From positions 512,001 through 576,000 of the forward strand of contig CAVZMH010000015.1 in assembly GCA_963776345.1 (NCBI GenBank): 64,000 nt of DNA, written 5' to 3'. This document shows positions 54,710 through 64,000 of the stretch, piece by piece. The first letter of the stretch is position 1. Each line of letters begins with the position of its first letter. Source of the stretch: an uncultured delta proteobacterium. Lineage in GTDB: Bacteria > Myxococcota > Myxococcia > Myxococcales > Myxococcaceae. A model generated the notes under the pieces. That model was not told where the DNA came from. It was given only the letters and a program-made list of their open reading frames with translations, and ran no database searches. The position numbers and the translations under genes were made by a program.

Positions 54710-55247
54710 GTGAAGGTCGCGTACGCGGGCGAGCCCGGGGCGTTCGGCGAGGAGGCGGCACGGATGCTGCCCGGGGCCGAGCCCGTGCCCTGCCCCTCCT
54801 TCGCCGCAGTCTTCGAGGCGGTCGAGCGCGGCGCGGCGGACCGCGGGGTGGTCCCGCTCCACAACTCGAGGGCGGGCATGGTCGAGGAGGTCGTCCGGCT
54901 GATTGCGCGGTCACCGCTTCAAGTCGCCGACCGCCTCGCGCTCCGGGTGCGCCAGTGCCTGCTGGCGCTCGCCGGGAGCGCGGCTGGGCGACATCCGCCG
55001 CGTGGCCTCGCATCCGCAGGCCCTCGCCCAGTGCAGTCAGTGGATCGAGCCCCGCGGCTGGGAGCTCCTGGCCCGGACCAGCACCTCGAGCGCGGCGCGA
55101 CAGCTGTCCGAGGACCGGGACCCGGCCTGCGCGGTCATCGCCAGCGCTGCGGCCGGCCGCATCTACGGGCTCACGGTGCTCGCGGAGGGGATCGAGGACG
55201 ACCCGGAGAACACCACCCGGTTCGCCGTGCTCCGCCGGACGGTGTGA
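54710..55247 (+). CDS. Stand-alone prephenate dehydratase catalytic domain, no ACT (one frameshift ~54970)
   Basis: VAYAGEPGAF, VVPLHNS, then +1 frame SHPQALAQC, STSSAA and IEDDPENTTRF, with the stop 7 codons after TRF. Confidence 0.8.
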
Positions 55248-55311
55248 CGGGTCCGGCCGTCTCGTGGGAACAAAGGAGGTGCTCCTTGCGTCCTTCCGGC
55301 GGGGACACGAG

Positions 55312-55806
55312 ATGCGCATCGCACCCACACGACCCGACGGTGACGGCATTCAGATCGCTCTGCACCAGGGCCCACGACGAGCGCTCTGGCCGCTGTTCGA
55401 GCTTGCGGACGATTCGGCGGTGGCCATCCGGCGGTACCTCGACCTCGGCCTGGTGCACGTGGCGGTGACCGGCGGCGTGGCGATCGGCCACGCGCAGATC
55501 ATCCCCCACGAGGTGCGAGTGTGGGAGCTCAAGAGCCTGGCGGTGCTCGCGGCGTACCGTGGACGGGGCGTGGGGAGCCAGCTCGTGCGCCGGTCGATGG
55601 CCTGGGTGCGCGAGCACGGCGCCGAGCAGCTCCTCGTCGCGACCGCCACCGCCGACCTGGAAGCCCTCGGCTTCTACCAGCGGCTCGGGTTCCGCATGCT
55701 GCGCATCGAGCGGGACGCCTTCACCCCCCAGGGCGGATACCCCGAAGGCCTCTCGGTCCGGGGCATCCCGGTCCGAGACCGGGTGTGGCTCGAGCAGCCG
55801 CTCTAG
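55312..55806 (+). CDS. GNAT N-acetyltransferase
   Basis: LAVLAAYRGRGVGSQL and ALGFYQRLGF. Confidence 0.88.
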   Translation: MRIAPTRPDGDGIQIALHQGPRRALWPLFELADDSAVAIRRYLDLGLVHVAVTGGVAIGHAQIIPHEVRVWELKSLAVLAAYRGRGVGSQLVRRSMAWVREHGAEQLLVATATADLEALGFYQRLGFRMLRIERDAFTPQGGYPEGLSVRGIPVRDRVWLEQPL

Positions 55807-56306
55807 CGGAAGCTGAGCTTGCCGATGTAGTCGCGCTTGCCCAGGTCGACGCCGTTGTGCCGGAGGATCGCGTAGGCGGTGGTGAGGTGGAAGAAGAAGT
55901 TCGGCATCGCCTGCTGGAGGAAGTAGTCGGTCGCCCGCATCGATCTCCCTTCCCAGCGCGGACGCTTGACCTCGCGGGAGTCGGTGCCGTCGAGATCGGC
56001 GGGGGTGAAGGTCCCGAGGTACTCGATCACCGAGGCGATGCGGACGCGGATCTCCCCGAAGGTCTGCTCGGTGTCCGGGTGCGAGGGCGGTTCCTTGCCG
56101 GCGGTGAACGCGGCGGCGAACTTGGCGTTGTCGCAGGCGTTCTGGAGCTGCCGGACCAGCGGGAACATGTCCGGTGCCAGCCGGGCCTGGAGCAGGACGT
56201 TCGGGTCGTAGCCCTTCGCCGCGGCGTGGGCCTCGGCCTTGTCGAGCCAGGTGGTCATCTGGCCGAGCAGCTTCTTCATCTCGACGACGATCGGGTAGAG
56301 GGACAT
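55803..56306 (-). CDS. DUF1993-family (DinB-like) protein
   Basis: ARLAPDMFPLVRQ, PNFFFHLTTAYAILRHNGVDLGKRDY. Confidence 0.9.
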   Translation of the reverse strand: MSLYPIVVEMKKLLGQMTTWLDKAEAHAAAKGYDPNVLLQARLAPDMFPLVRQLQNACDNAKFAAAFTAGKEPPSHPDTEQTFGEIRVRIASVIEYLGTFTPADLDGTDSREVKRPRWEGRSMRATDYFLQQAMPNFFFHLTTAYAILRHNGVDLGKRDYIGKLSFR

Positions 56307-56427
56307 CCCGGCAAGCTAACGGGCGAGCTCGTCGAATCCACCGCAAGCTGCGGACGAACCGCTCGAAGATCGAGCTCGAGCCGATCTCGCGGCGCTCGTG
56401 CGAAGCGCCGCAGCCCTCGCCCGCCGG

Positions 56428-57687
<1,260 letters not shown>

Positions 57688-57722
57688 GGGCAACAGACCT
57701 AGCTCCGGCCCCCGGGGCGGCG

Positions 57723-57965
57723 CTACTTCTTGTGGGTGTTGATGTAGTTGATGGCGTCCCCGACGGTCTTGATGTTCTCGGCCTCCTCGTCGGGGATCTC
57801 CACCTCGAACTCCTCTTCCATCGCCATCACCAGCTCGACGATGTCCAGGCTGTCCGCTCCGAGGTCCTCGATGAAGGAGGACTCGGGCTTGATCTCGTCC
57901 TCACCGACGCCCAGCTGGTCGGCGATGATCGACTTGACCTTGGCCTCGATTGCACTCGTCGCCAT
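57723..57965 (-). CDS. acpP: Acyl carrier protein
   Basis: [20 protein letters not shown]. Confidence 0.98.
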   Translation of the reverse strand: MATSAIEAKVKSIIADQLGVGEDEIKPESSFIEDLGADSLDIVELVMAMEEEFEVEIPDEEAENIKTVGDAINYINTHKK

Positions 57966-58098
57966 CTGATTCCTCCGGTCCCTTCTCTGTCGAAGTGCTT
58001 CCGAATCTCTGCTGGGGGACGCTTCCGGGGGACCTCAGGAGCACCTGGTCGGTCCCGCGGGCAACCCCCGGGGCGCGCGCGATATAGCCCACGCCCCT

Positions 58099-58833
58099 CT
58101 ACATGTACATGCCGCCGTTCACCTTCAGGACCTCACCGGTCACGTAGGATGCCGCGTCACTGGCCAGGAAAAGCACGGCCTTCGCCACCTCTTCGGCGGT
58201 GCCGAGCCGTCCCAGCGGAATCGCCTCGGTCATCTTCGCTTTCAGCTCGGCGCCGATGCCCGCGGTCATGTCGGTGTCGATGAAACCGGGGGAGACCGCG
58301 TTCACCCGGACGTTCCGGCTCGCCAGCTCACGGGCGAGCGACTTGGTGAGGCCGATCAGCCCGGCCTTGCTCGCCGCGTAGGCGGCCTGGCCCACGTTCC
58401 CCATCTCCCCCACGACCGAGGTGAGGTTCACGATGGCCCCGGAGCGCTGCTTCATCATCGGGCGCGCCGCAGCGCGGCAGAGCGCGAAGGCGCCCTTGAG
58501 GTTGGTGTCCAGCTGACGGTCCCAGTCCTCGTCCTTCACCCGGACCGCGAGCCCGTCGATGGCGACGCCGGCGTTGTTCACCAGCACGTCCAGCCGTCCA
58601 GCGCCCTTCACCACCTCGTCGACGGCCGCGGCGCAGGCCGCGGTGTCCGCCACGTCGAAGCGCATGCTCTTCGCGGTCGGCCCGCTCGCCGCCACCGCCT
58701 CGGCGGCCGCGGCCTCGTTCCCGGCGTAGGTCAGCACCACCGTCGCCCCGGCCCGGCCGAACGCCACCGCGCAGGCACGGCCGATGCCCCGCGAGCCGCC
58801 GGTGACCAGAACCACCTTTCCGGTGAAGTCCAT
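58099..58833 (-). CDS. fabG: 3-oxoacyl-ACP reductase
   Basis: TGGSRGIG, NNAG, YAASK and PGFIDTDMT. Confidence 0.96.
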   Translation of the reverse strand: MDFTGKVVLVTGGSRGIGRACAVAFGRAGATVVLTYAGNEAAAAEAVAASGPTAKSMRFDVADTAACAAAVDEVVKGAGRLDVLVNNAGVAIDGLAVRVKDEDWDRQLDTNLKGAFALCRAAARPMMKQRSGAIVNLTSVVGEMGNVGQAAYAASKAGLIGLTKSLARELASRNVRVNAVSPGFIDTDMTAGIGAELKAKMTEAIPLGRLGTAEEVAKAVLFLASDAASYVTGEVLKVNGGMYM

Positions 58834-58857
58834 CGTCCGTTCCCCTCGCGAGGGCCC

Positions 58858-59796
58858 TCAGCGGCCCCCGGCGGCGGCGAGCGACCTCTCCAGGCTCGCC
58901 GGGTCCTCCACGTTGAGCACCTCGATCTCCTTCGAGATGCGCTTCACCAGCCCGCCCAGCACCCGTCCGGGCCCCAGCTCCACCACCCGGCCGACCCCCG
59001 CCGCGGCGAGCGCGCGGATCGACTCGACCCAGCGCACCGGCGCGCTCACCTGGGCGAGCAAGAGCGGCACCACCCGCGCGGCGTCGGAGTTCGGCGCCGC
59101 CTCGACGTTGGTCACCACCGGCACCCGCGGCGCGTTCACCGTGCACCGGGCGAGCACCTCGGCGAGCCGCGGCTTCACCGGCTCCATCAGCGCGCAGTGG
59201 AAGGGAGCGGACACCGACAGCGGCACCACCCGCTTGGCGCCGGCCTCGCGGAGCCGCGCCGAGACTCGCTCCACCGCCGCGGCGTGACCGGCGATGACCG
59301 TCTGCTCGGGCGAGTTGTAGTTCGCCGGCGAGACCACCTGCCCGTCGGCCGACTCGGCGCAGATGCGGGCCACCACCTCGGCGTCGAGGCCGAGCACCGC
59401 GGCCATGGCCCCGGTCCCGGCGGGCACCGCCTCCTGCATGAACGTGCCGCGCGCCCGGACGGCCCGGACCGCGTCGCCGAGCGAGAGCGCCCCTGCGGCC
59501 ACCAGCGCCGAGTACTCGCCCAGCGAATGCCCGGCGACGAAGGCGGCCGGAGCCCCCCGGGCGGACCACACCGCGTGCGCGGCGATGGACATGGTGAGGA
59601 TGGCCGGCTGGGTGTTGCGGGTCAGCACCAGCTCGGACTCCGGGCCCTCGAAGCAGAGCCTCGACAGCGGCTCGCCGAGCGCGTCGTCCGCGGCCTGGAA
59701 CACCGCGCGGGCCTCGGGGAACGCCTCGGCCAGGGCCTTGCCCATGCCCACCACCTGGCTCCCCTGCCCGGGAAAGAGGAAGGCGGTGGCTACCAT
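58858..59796 (-). CDS. fabD: Malonyl-CoA:ACP transacylase
   Basis: ATG 59796. FPGQGSQ, GHSLGEY and SAPFHC. Confidence 0.96.
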   Translation of the reverse strand: MVATAFLFPGQGSQVVGMGKALAEAFPEARAVFQAADDALGEPLSRLCFEGPESELVLTRNTQPAILTMSIAAHAVWSARGAPAAFVAGHSLGEYSALVAAGALSLGDAVRAVRARGTFMQEAVPAGTGAMAAVLGLDAEVVARICAESADGQVVSPANYNSPEQTVIAGHAAAVERVSARLREAGAKRVVPLSVSAPFHCALMEPVKPRLAEVLARCTVNAPRVPVVTNVEAAPNSDAARVVPLLLAQVSAPVRWVESIRALAAAGVGRVVELGPGRVLGGLVKRISKEIEVLNVEDPASLERSLAAAGGR

Positions 59797-60773
59797 CGGA
59801 TGACGCCGGCGCCCCAGGCCATCCCCGCCCCGATGGCCATCGTGGCGATGATGTCCCCGGGGTGGAGGCGACCGGCGCGGTTCGCCTCGTCGAGCGTGGT
59901 GGGCAGCGACGCCGAGGAGGTGTTGCCGTAGCGGTGGATGTTCACCCAGCACTTCTCGATCGGAAGCCCGAGCCGGTGACACACCGACTCGATGATCCGG
60001 AGGTTCGCCTGGTGGCCGATGAGGTGGGTCACATCCGCGGCGGTGAGGCCCTGCTTCCCCAGCGCCTCGAGCACCGCCTCGGGCAGGGCGCGGACGGCGT
60101 ACTTGTAGACGTCACGGCCGTTCATCGCGACCTTGTTCAGCTTCTTCTCCAGCACCTCGGGCGACTGCGGATGGAGGCTGCCGCCGCCGGCGATGGTGAG
60201 GATGCCGGCGGCCTCGCCATCGGAGTGGAGCTCGATGCCGAGGATGCCGCGTGCCGGGTCCGCCGAGGGGCCGAGCACCATCGCCCCGGCCGCGTCCCCG
60301 AAGAGCACGCAGGTGTTCCGGTCCGTCCAGTCGACGATGCGGCTCAGGAGCTCGGCGCCGATCACCAGCGCCCGCCGGGCGCTGCCGTTGCGGATGTACT
60401 GGTCGGCGATCGCCATCCCGTACAGCGAGCCCGCGCAGGCGGCCGAGAGGTCGAAGGCGAAGGCCTTCTTCGCCCCCAGCTTGGCCTGCACCATCACCGC
60501 GCAGGACGGCATGGGCATGTCGGGGGAGATGGTCCCCACGATGATCATGTCCAGCTCGTCGGCCCGGGTGTGAGCCATCTCCAGCGCCCGGATGGCCGCC
60601 TTCACCGCCATGTCCGAGGTGACCTCGCCCGGGGCGGCGATGCGGCGCTCCTTGATGCCGGTGCGCTCGGTGATCCAGGCGTCCGACGTCTCGACCATCC
60701 GCTCGAGATCTGCGTTGGTCAGGACCTTGTCGGGCGCGTAGGCGCCCGTGCCCAGGATCGCGGTGCGTGTCAC
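59790..60773 (-). CDS. fabH: Beta-ketoacyl-ACP synthase III
   Basis: GTG 60773 after GGAGGAG. AACAG, LFGDAAGA, HQANLRI and GNTSSAS. Confidence 0.96.
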   Translation of the reverse strand: MTRTAILGTGAYAPDKVLTNADLERMVETSDAWITERTGIKERRIAAPGEVTSDMAVKAAIRALEMAHTRADELDMIIVGTISPDMPMPSCAVMVQAKLGAKKAFAFDLSAACAGSLYGMAIADQYIRNGSARRALVIGAELLSRIVDWTDRNTCVLFGDAAGAMVLGPSADPARGILGIELHSDGEAAGILTIAGGGSLHPQSPEVLEKKLNKVAMNGRDVYKYAVRALPEAVLEALGKQGLTAADVTHLIGHQANLRIIESVCHRLGLPIEKCWVNIHRYGNTSSASLPTTLDEANRAGRLHPGDIIATMAIGAGMAWGAGVIRW

Positions 60774-60914
60774 TGCCCGGCCCTCTCCTCCCTGGACGAG
60801 CGGCCCAGGGCGCGGGTCACCATGACGCATGCGCGCAGGATTGTCGTGCGCCGCACCGCGCCCGGGTTGTGCTTCCACCGAAATTGACTCCGCGCGTCAT
60901 CCACGGGCAGGCGG

Positions 60915-61097
60915 CTACTTGACCGCGATGACCTCGCGTCCGGCGTAGTGGCCGCAGCTCTTGCACGCGCGATGCGGAAGCACCGGCTCCTTGCAGTTCG
61001 GGCAGGAGATGACCTGCACCGCCACGCGGAGGTTGTTGTTGCCAGCACGCCGGCGATCGCGGCGCATCTTCGACGTCCTCTTCTTGGGAACTCCCAC
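60915..61097 (-). CDS. rpmF: 50S ribosomal protein L32 (Zn-ribbon type)
   Basis: [13 protein letters not shown] and CKSCGHY. Confidence 0.96.
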   Translation of the reverse strand: MGVPKKRTSKMRRDRRRAGNNNLRVAVQVISCPNCKEPVLPHRACKSCGHYAGREVIAVK

Positions 61098-61109
61098 GGC
61101 GTTCTGCTC

Positions 61110-61673
61110 CTAGTTCAGCTTGATGTTCTTCAGCTGGGCGAGCCGGGGATCTACCCGGTCGGTGGCGCACCCGCACTGCCCTTCGTTCAGATTCTGGCCG
61201 CACGTGCCGCACAGGCCCTTGCAGTCCTCGCGGCATTCGGCGTGCATCGGCAGGGCGAGGAGGACCTGTTCCCGCACCAGCGGATCCAGGTCGATGTGCT
61301 TGCCGTCGAAGAGCTCCTCGTCGGCCCGCTCCAGGTCGAAGGTCCCGACCTGCTCGGCGTCGCCCTTGTCCGCCCCGTCCTTGCGGTGGGACAGGGCCGC
61401 CGGGGAGACCAGGTTGAGGGTGAAGCTCACCGGGATCCGGAGGTGGACGTCGGCGAGGCAGCGCCGGCACGGAGTGTGGACCGGCACCTCGGTCGAGCCG
61501 CGCAGGAGCACCCCGCTCCCGGTCTTCTGGAGCTTGACCTGGAGGCTGGCCGGACCGTCCGGGCGGAACCCGGTGTCCTTGACCTCGGCGAGGGCGTGGG
61601 TGAGGAAGCTCTCCGAGAGCTTCTCGTCGAGGGAGAGGCCCCCCTCGCGGATCTGATCGACGGTGACAACCAT
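61110..61673 (-). CDS. yceD: DUF177/YceD family protein
   Basis: PCRRCL, IDLDPLVREQVLLALP, CREDCKGLCGTCG and DPRLAQL. Confidence 0.93.
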   Translation of the reverse strand: MVVTVDQIREGGLSLDEKLSESFLTHALAEVKDTGFRPDGPASLQVKLQKTGSGVLLRGSTEVPVHTPCRRCLADVHLRIPVSFTLNLVSPAALSHRKDGADKGDAEQVGTFDLERADEELFDGKHIDLDPLVREQVLLALPMHAECREDCKGLCGTCGQNLNEGQCGCATDRVDPRLAQLKNIKLN

Positions 61674-61695
61674 GGGCGGCGGTAAAAGGGCGCGG

Positions 61696-61724
61696 ACTTA
61701 ATGGCACACCCCGCCCCCTGTCAA
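61696..61724 (-). promoter_or_regulatory. Candidate sigma70 promoter of yceD-rpmF operon
   Basis: Minus strand TTGACA-N17-TTAAGT, 22 nt upstream of the ATG. Confidence 0.6.
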
Positions 61725-61846
61725 CGAGCGGGACGTTCCTCGCCCGTCATGGCCTCGACACCCAAGCGTCACCCCACCCGTGGGACCCGTCTGGTACAGG
61801 CGTGCTCCCGGGTCAGTGGCCAGCCCTCCCGGAGGTTCCCCCGCCC

Positions 61847-62539
61847 GTGTCGCGCATCCTGATCGTCGAGGACGAGCAAGACCTCGCCAACCTCCTCACC
61901 TACAACCTGAGCGCCGCCGGGTTCGAGACAGAGACCACCCACACCGGGGCGGCCGCCCTCAGCCGGGCCAAGTCGTTCAAGCCCGACCTGGTCTTGCTCG
62001 ACCTGATGCTTCCCGACCTCCCGGGCAGCGAGGTCCTCCGGCTCATCAAGGAGGACCCCACCCTGCGCCGCACGGCGGTGGTGATGGTCACCGCCAAGGG
62101 GCAGGAGTCAGACCGGGTGCAGGGCCTCGAGCTCGGCGCGGACGACTACGTGGTGAAGCCGTTCAGCGTTCGTGAGCTGGCGCTCCGGGTCAAGGCGGTG
62201 CTCCGCCGGATGGCCAGCGACTCCGAGGGGACCGGCGTGCTGGCGGCGGGCAGCATCCGGCTCGACCCCGCCCGGCACGAGGTGACGGTGGGCGGCGTCG
62301 AGGTGGCCCTCACCGCGCTCGAGTTCCGCCTGCTCAAGACGCTGCTCGAGCGCCCGGGCCGGGTCCAGACCCGCGAGGTGCTGCTGGCCGACGTCTGGGG
62401 CATCGAGGCGGACATCACCACCCGCACCGTCGACACCCACATCAAGCGGCTGCGGGAGAAGCTCGGGGCCGCCGGGGACATCATCGAGACGGTCCGCGGG
62501 GTCGGCTACAAGCTGGCCAGCCCCGACAAGGACGCGTGA
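61847..62539 (+). CDS. phoB: OmpR/PhoB-family response regulator
   Basis: GTG 61847. ILIVEDE, LDLMLP, GADDYVVKPFS, RTVDTHIKRLREKL and TVRGVGY. Confidence 0.88.
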   Translation: MSRILIVEDEQDLANLLTYNLSAAGFETETTHTGAAALSRAKSFKPDLVLLDLMLPDLPGSEVLRLIKEDPTLRRTAVVMVTAKGQESDRVQGLELGADDYVVKPFSVRELALRVKAVLRRMASDSEGTGVLAAGSIRLDPARHEVTVGGVEVALTALEFRLLKTLLERPGRVQTREVLLADVWGIEADITTRTVDTHIKRLREKLGAAGDIIETVRGVGYKLASPDKDA

Positions 62540-63807
62540 GCGAGCTTCCCCAGCCGCGCCGGATCCTCTTCCTCCTCCTCGCCACCCTGCTCCCCGGCAT
62601 CGCCGCGGGCATCGGCGCCGGAGCGCTCACCGACCTGCGCGCCGGGCTCCTGGCCGGGGGACTGGCCGCCTTCGTCGCCTTCGTCATCGCCGCGGCCAGC
62701 GAGAGCGAGTCGGCGCGGGCGGTGACCCGGACCGAGGAGGCCGCCGAGGCGCGCCAGCGGGCCACCGTGGAGGAGCGGGACGGCGCGCTGCTCGAGGTGC
62801 GGACCCTGGCCGCGGCCATCGAGGCGATGGACGAGGGAATGTGGATCACCGACGCCAACGGCGTCGTGCTCCGGCACAACGAGGCGCTCCGCACCATCCT
62901 CGGCACGGACCAGGAGCTGGTCGGGCAGCGTCCGCTGTTCCTGGTGCGGAGGACCGAGCTCCACGATGCGGTCCTCCGTGCCTGCCGCGAGGGCGTGACC
63001 TCGAAGGTCGAGGTGTCGATGGACGCCCCGAGGAGCAAGACGCTCGAGGTGTACATCGCCCCGCTCGGGGGCTCGCTGCCCGGCAGCGCGGCGGTGTTCC
63101 GCGACGTCACCGAGCGCAAGCGGCTGGAGCGGGTGCGTCAGGACTTCGTGGCCAACGTGAGCCACGAGCTCCGGACGCCCATCGCCGCCATCCTCGGCTA
63201 TGCCGAGACGCTGCGCTCGGGCGCTCTGGCGGACGCCAAGCACGCGCCCCAGATGGTGGAGATCATCCACCGGCAGTCGGAGCGGCTCAACGAGCTGGTG
63301 TCCGACCTGCTCGAGCTGTCCCGGCTGGACGCCGGGGAGCGGCCGCTGTCCTCGACGCCGGTCTCTCTGGAGACCATCGCCCGGCAGGCCAGCGAGGCCA
63401 TGGAGCCCCGGGCCAGCGGCAAGCGCCTGGCGATGCAGCTCCGCATCCCGCCCGACCTGACCGCCCGGGCCGACCCCAAGGCCGTGGAACAGGTGCTCCT
63501 GAACCTGCTGGACAACGCCATCAAGTACACGCCCGAGGGGGGGACGGTGGAGATCATCGGCGAGCGGGTGGGAGACCGCGCCCACCTCTCCGTCCGGGAC
63601 ACGGGCCTGGGCATCGAGACCAAGCACCTGCCCCGTCTCTTCGAGCGGTTCTACCGGGTGGACCGGGGCCGGAGCCGGGAGATGGGGGGGACGGGCCTGG
63701 GGCTGTCCATCGTCCGCCACCTGGTGCACGGGATGGAGGGAGAGGTGCGCGTCTCGAGCCAGCTCGGGGTGGGCAGCACCTTCACCGTGGTGCTCCCGGC
63801 AGCCTGA
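62536..63807 (+). CDS. phoR: PhoR-type PAS sensor histidine kinase
   Basis: N-terminal TMs, PAS, DFVANVSHELRTP, NAIKY, RLFERFYRVD and GGTGLGLSI. Confidence 0.88.
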   Translation: MSELPQPRRILFLLLATLLPGIAAGIGAGALTDLRAGLLAGGLAAFVAFVIAAASESESARAVTRTEEAAEARQRATVEERDGALLEVRTLAAAIEAMDEGMWITDANGVVLRHNEALRTILGTDQELVGQRPLFLVRRTELHDAVLRACREGVTSKVEVSMDAPRSKTLEVYIAPLGGSLPGSAAVFRDVTERKRLERVRQDFVANVSHELRTPIAAILGYAETLRSGALADAKHAPQMVEIIHRQSERLNELVSDLLELSRLDAGERPLSSTPVSLETIARQASEAMEPRASGKRLAMQLRIPPDLTARADPKAVEQVLLNLLDNAIKYTPEGGTVEIIGERVGDRAHLSVRDTGLGIETKHLPRLFERFYRVDRGRSREMGGTGLGLSIVRHLVHGMEGEVRVSSQLGVGSTFTVVLPAA

Positions 63808-63862
63808 ACGTCAACCCCGCCGTGGCCGGACGGTGACAGGAGCAGGTACACTCCGGGGCGCC

Positions 63863-64000
63863 ATGCGGGTGGCCATCCTGGCAGACATCCACGGGAATCT
63901 CCCGGCCTGCGAGGCGGTGCTCCAGGACATCGCCAGGAACGGGGCCGACGTGGTGGTGGCGGCGGGGGACCTGGCGCTCCGCGGCGCGCATCCCCGCGAG
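63863..64000 (+). CDS. Metallophosphoesterase (5' part; runs off window end)
   Basis: Manual translation MRVAILADIHGNLPACEAVL...AAGDL, showing the DxHGN and GD calcineurin-like motifs. Confidence 0.85.
   Translation, partial: MRVAILADIHGNLPACEAVLQDIARNGADVVVAAGDLALRGAHPRE

Overview
This is a very GC-rich, gene-dense chromosomal segment. Gene content and order point to a Myxococcota (myxobacterial) genome; that assignment is an inference from synteny recalled from Myxococcus, not a database result. The backbone is housekeeping: fabZ-lpxD-skp, bamA-lolD-lolC/E-lysS-prfB-lnt-ybeY, 7TM-HD-phoH, mazG-rpsT, lptE-leuS, asnS, nusB-ribH-ribB(X)-ribE, ribD-nrdR-glyA, fabF-acpP-fabG-fabD-fabH-rpmF-DUF177, and a phoB/phoR-type pair followed by a metallophosphoesterase. 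Accessory material is interspersed: pntAa/Ab/B, a sigma54-linked orphan ABC permease, a Wzy_C protein with secreted proteins, a TRAP transporter, and a block of M3 peptidase, Mo-oxidoreductase, rhodanese and lipoprotein genes. The most interesting observations are: (1) a split P-protein, where a chorismate mutase-halfPDT-ACT gene lacking the PDT second lobe is followed by a stand-alone PDT lacking ACT; (2) a TPR/Zn-finger membrane protein with a DUF4388/MshEN-like/pseudopilin-like partner upstream of phoH and a 7TM-HD phosphodiesterase; (3) a stripped chemosensory cluster with no MCP, CheR or CheB; and (4) a DnaA-box-like cluster upstream of rpsT. prfB has the programmed +1 frameshift. Several other frameshifts, including one in essential lpxD, suggest long-read indel errors. 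I recognised no tRNA, rRNA, CRISPR array or transposase.
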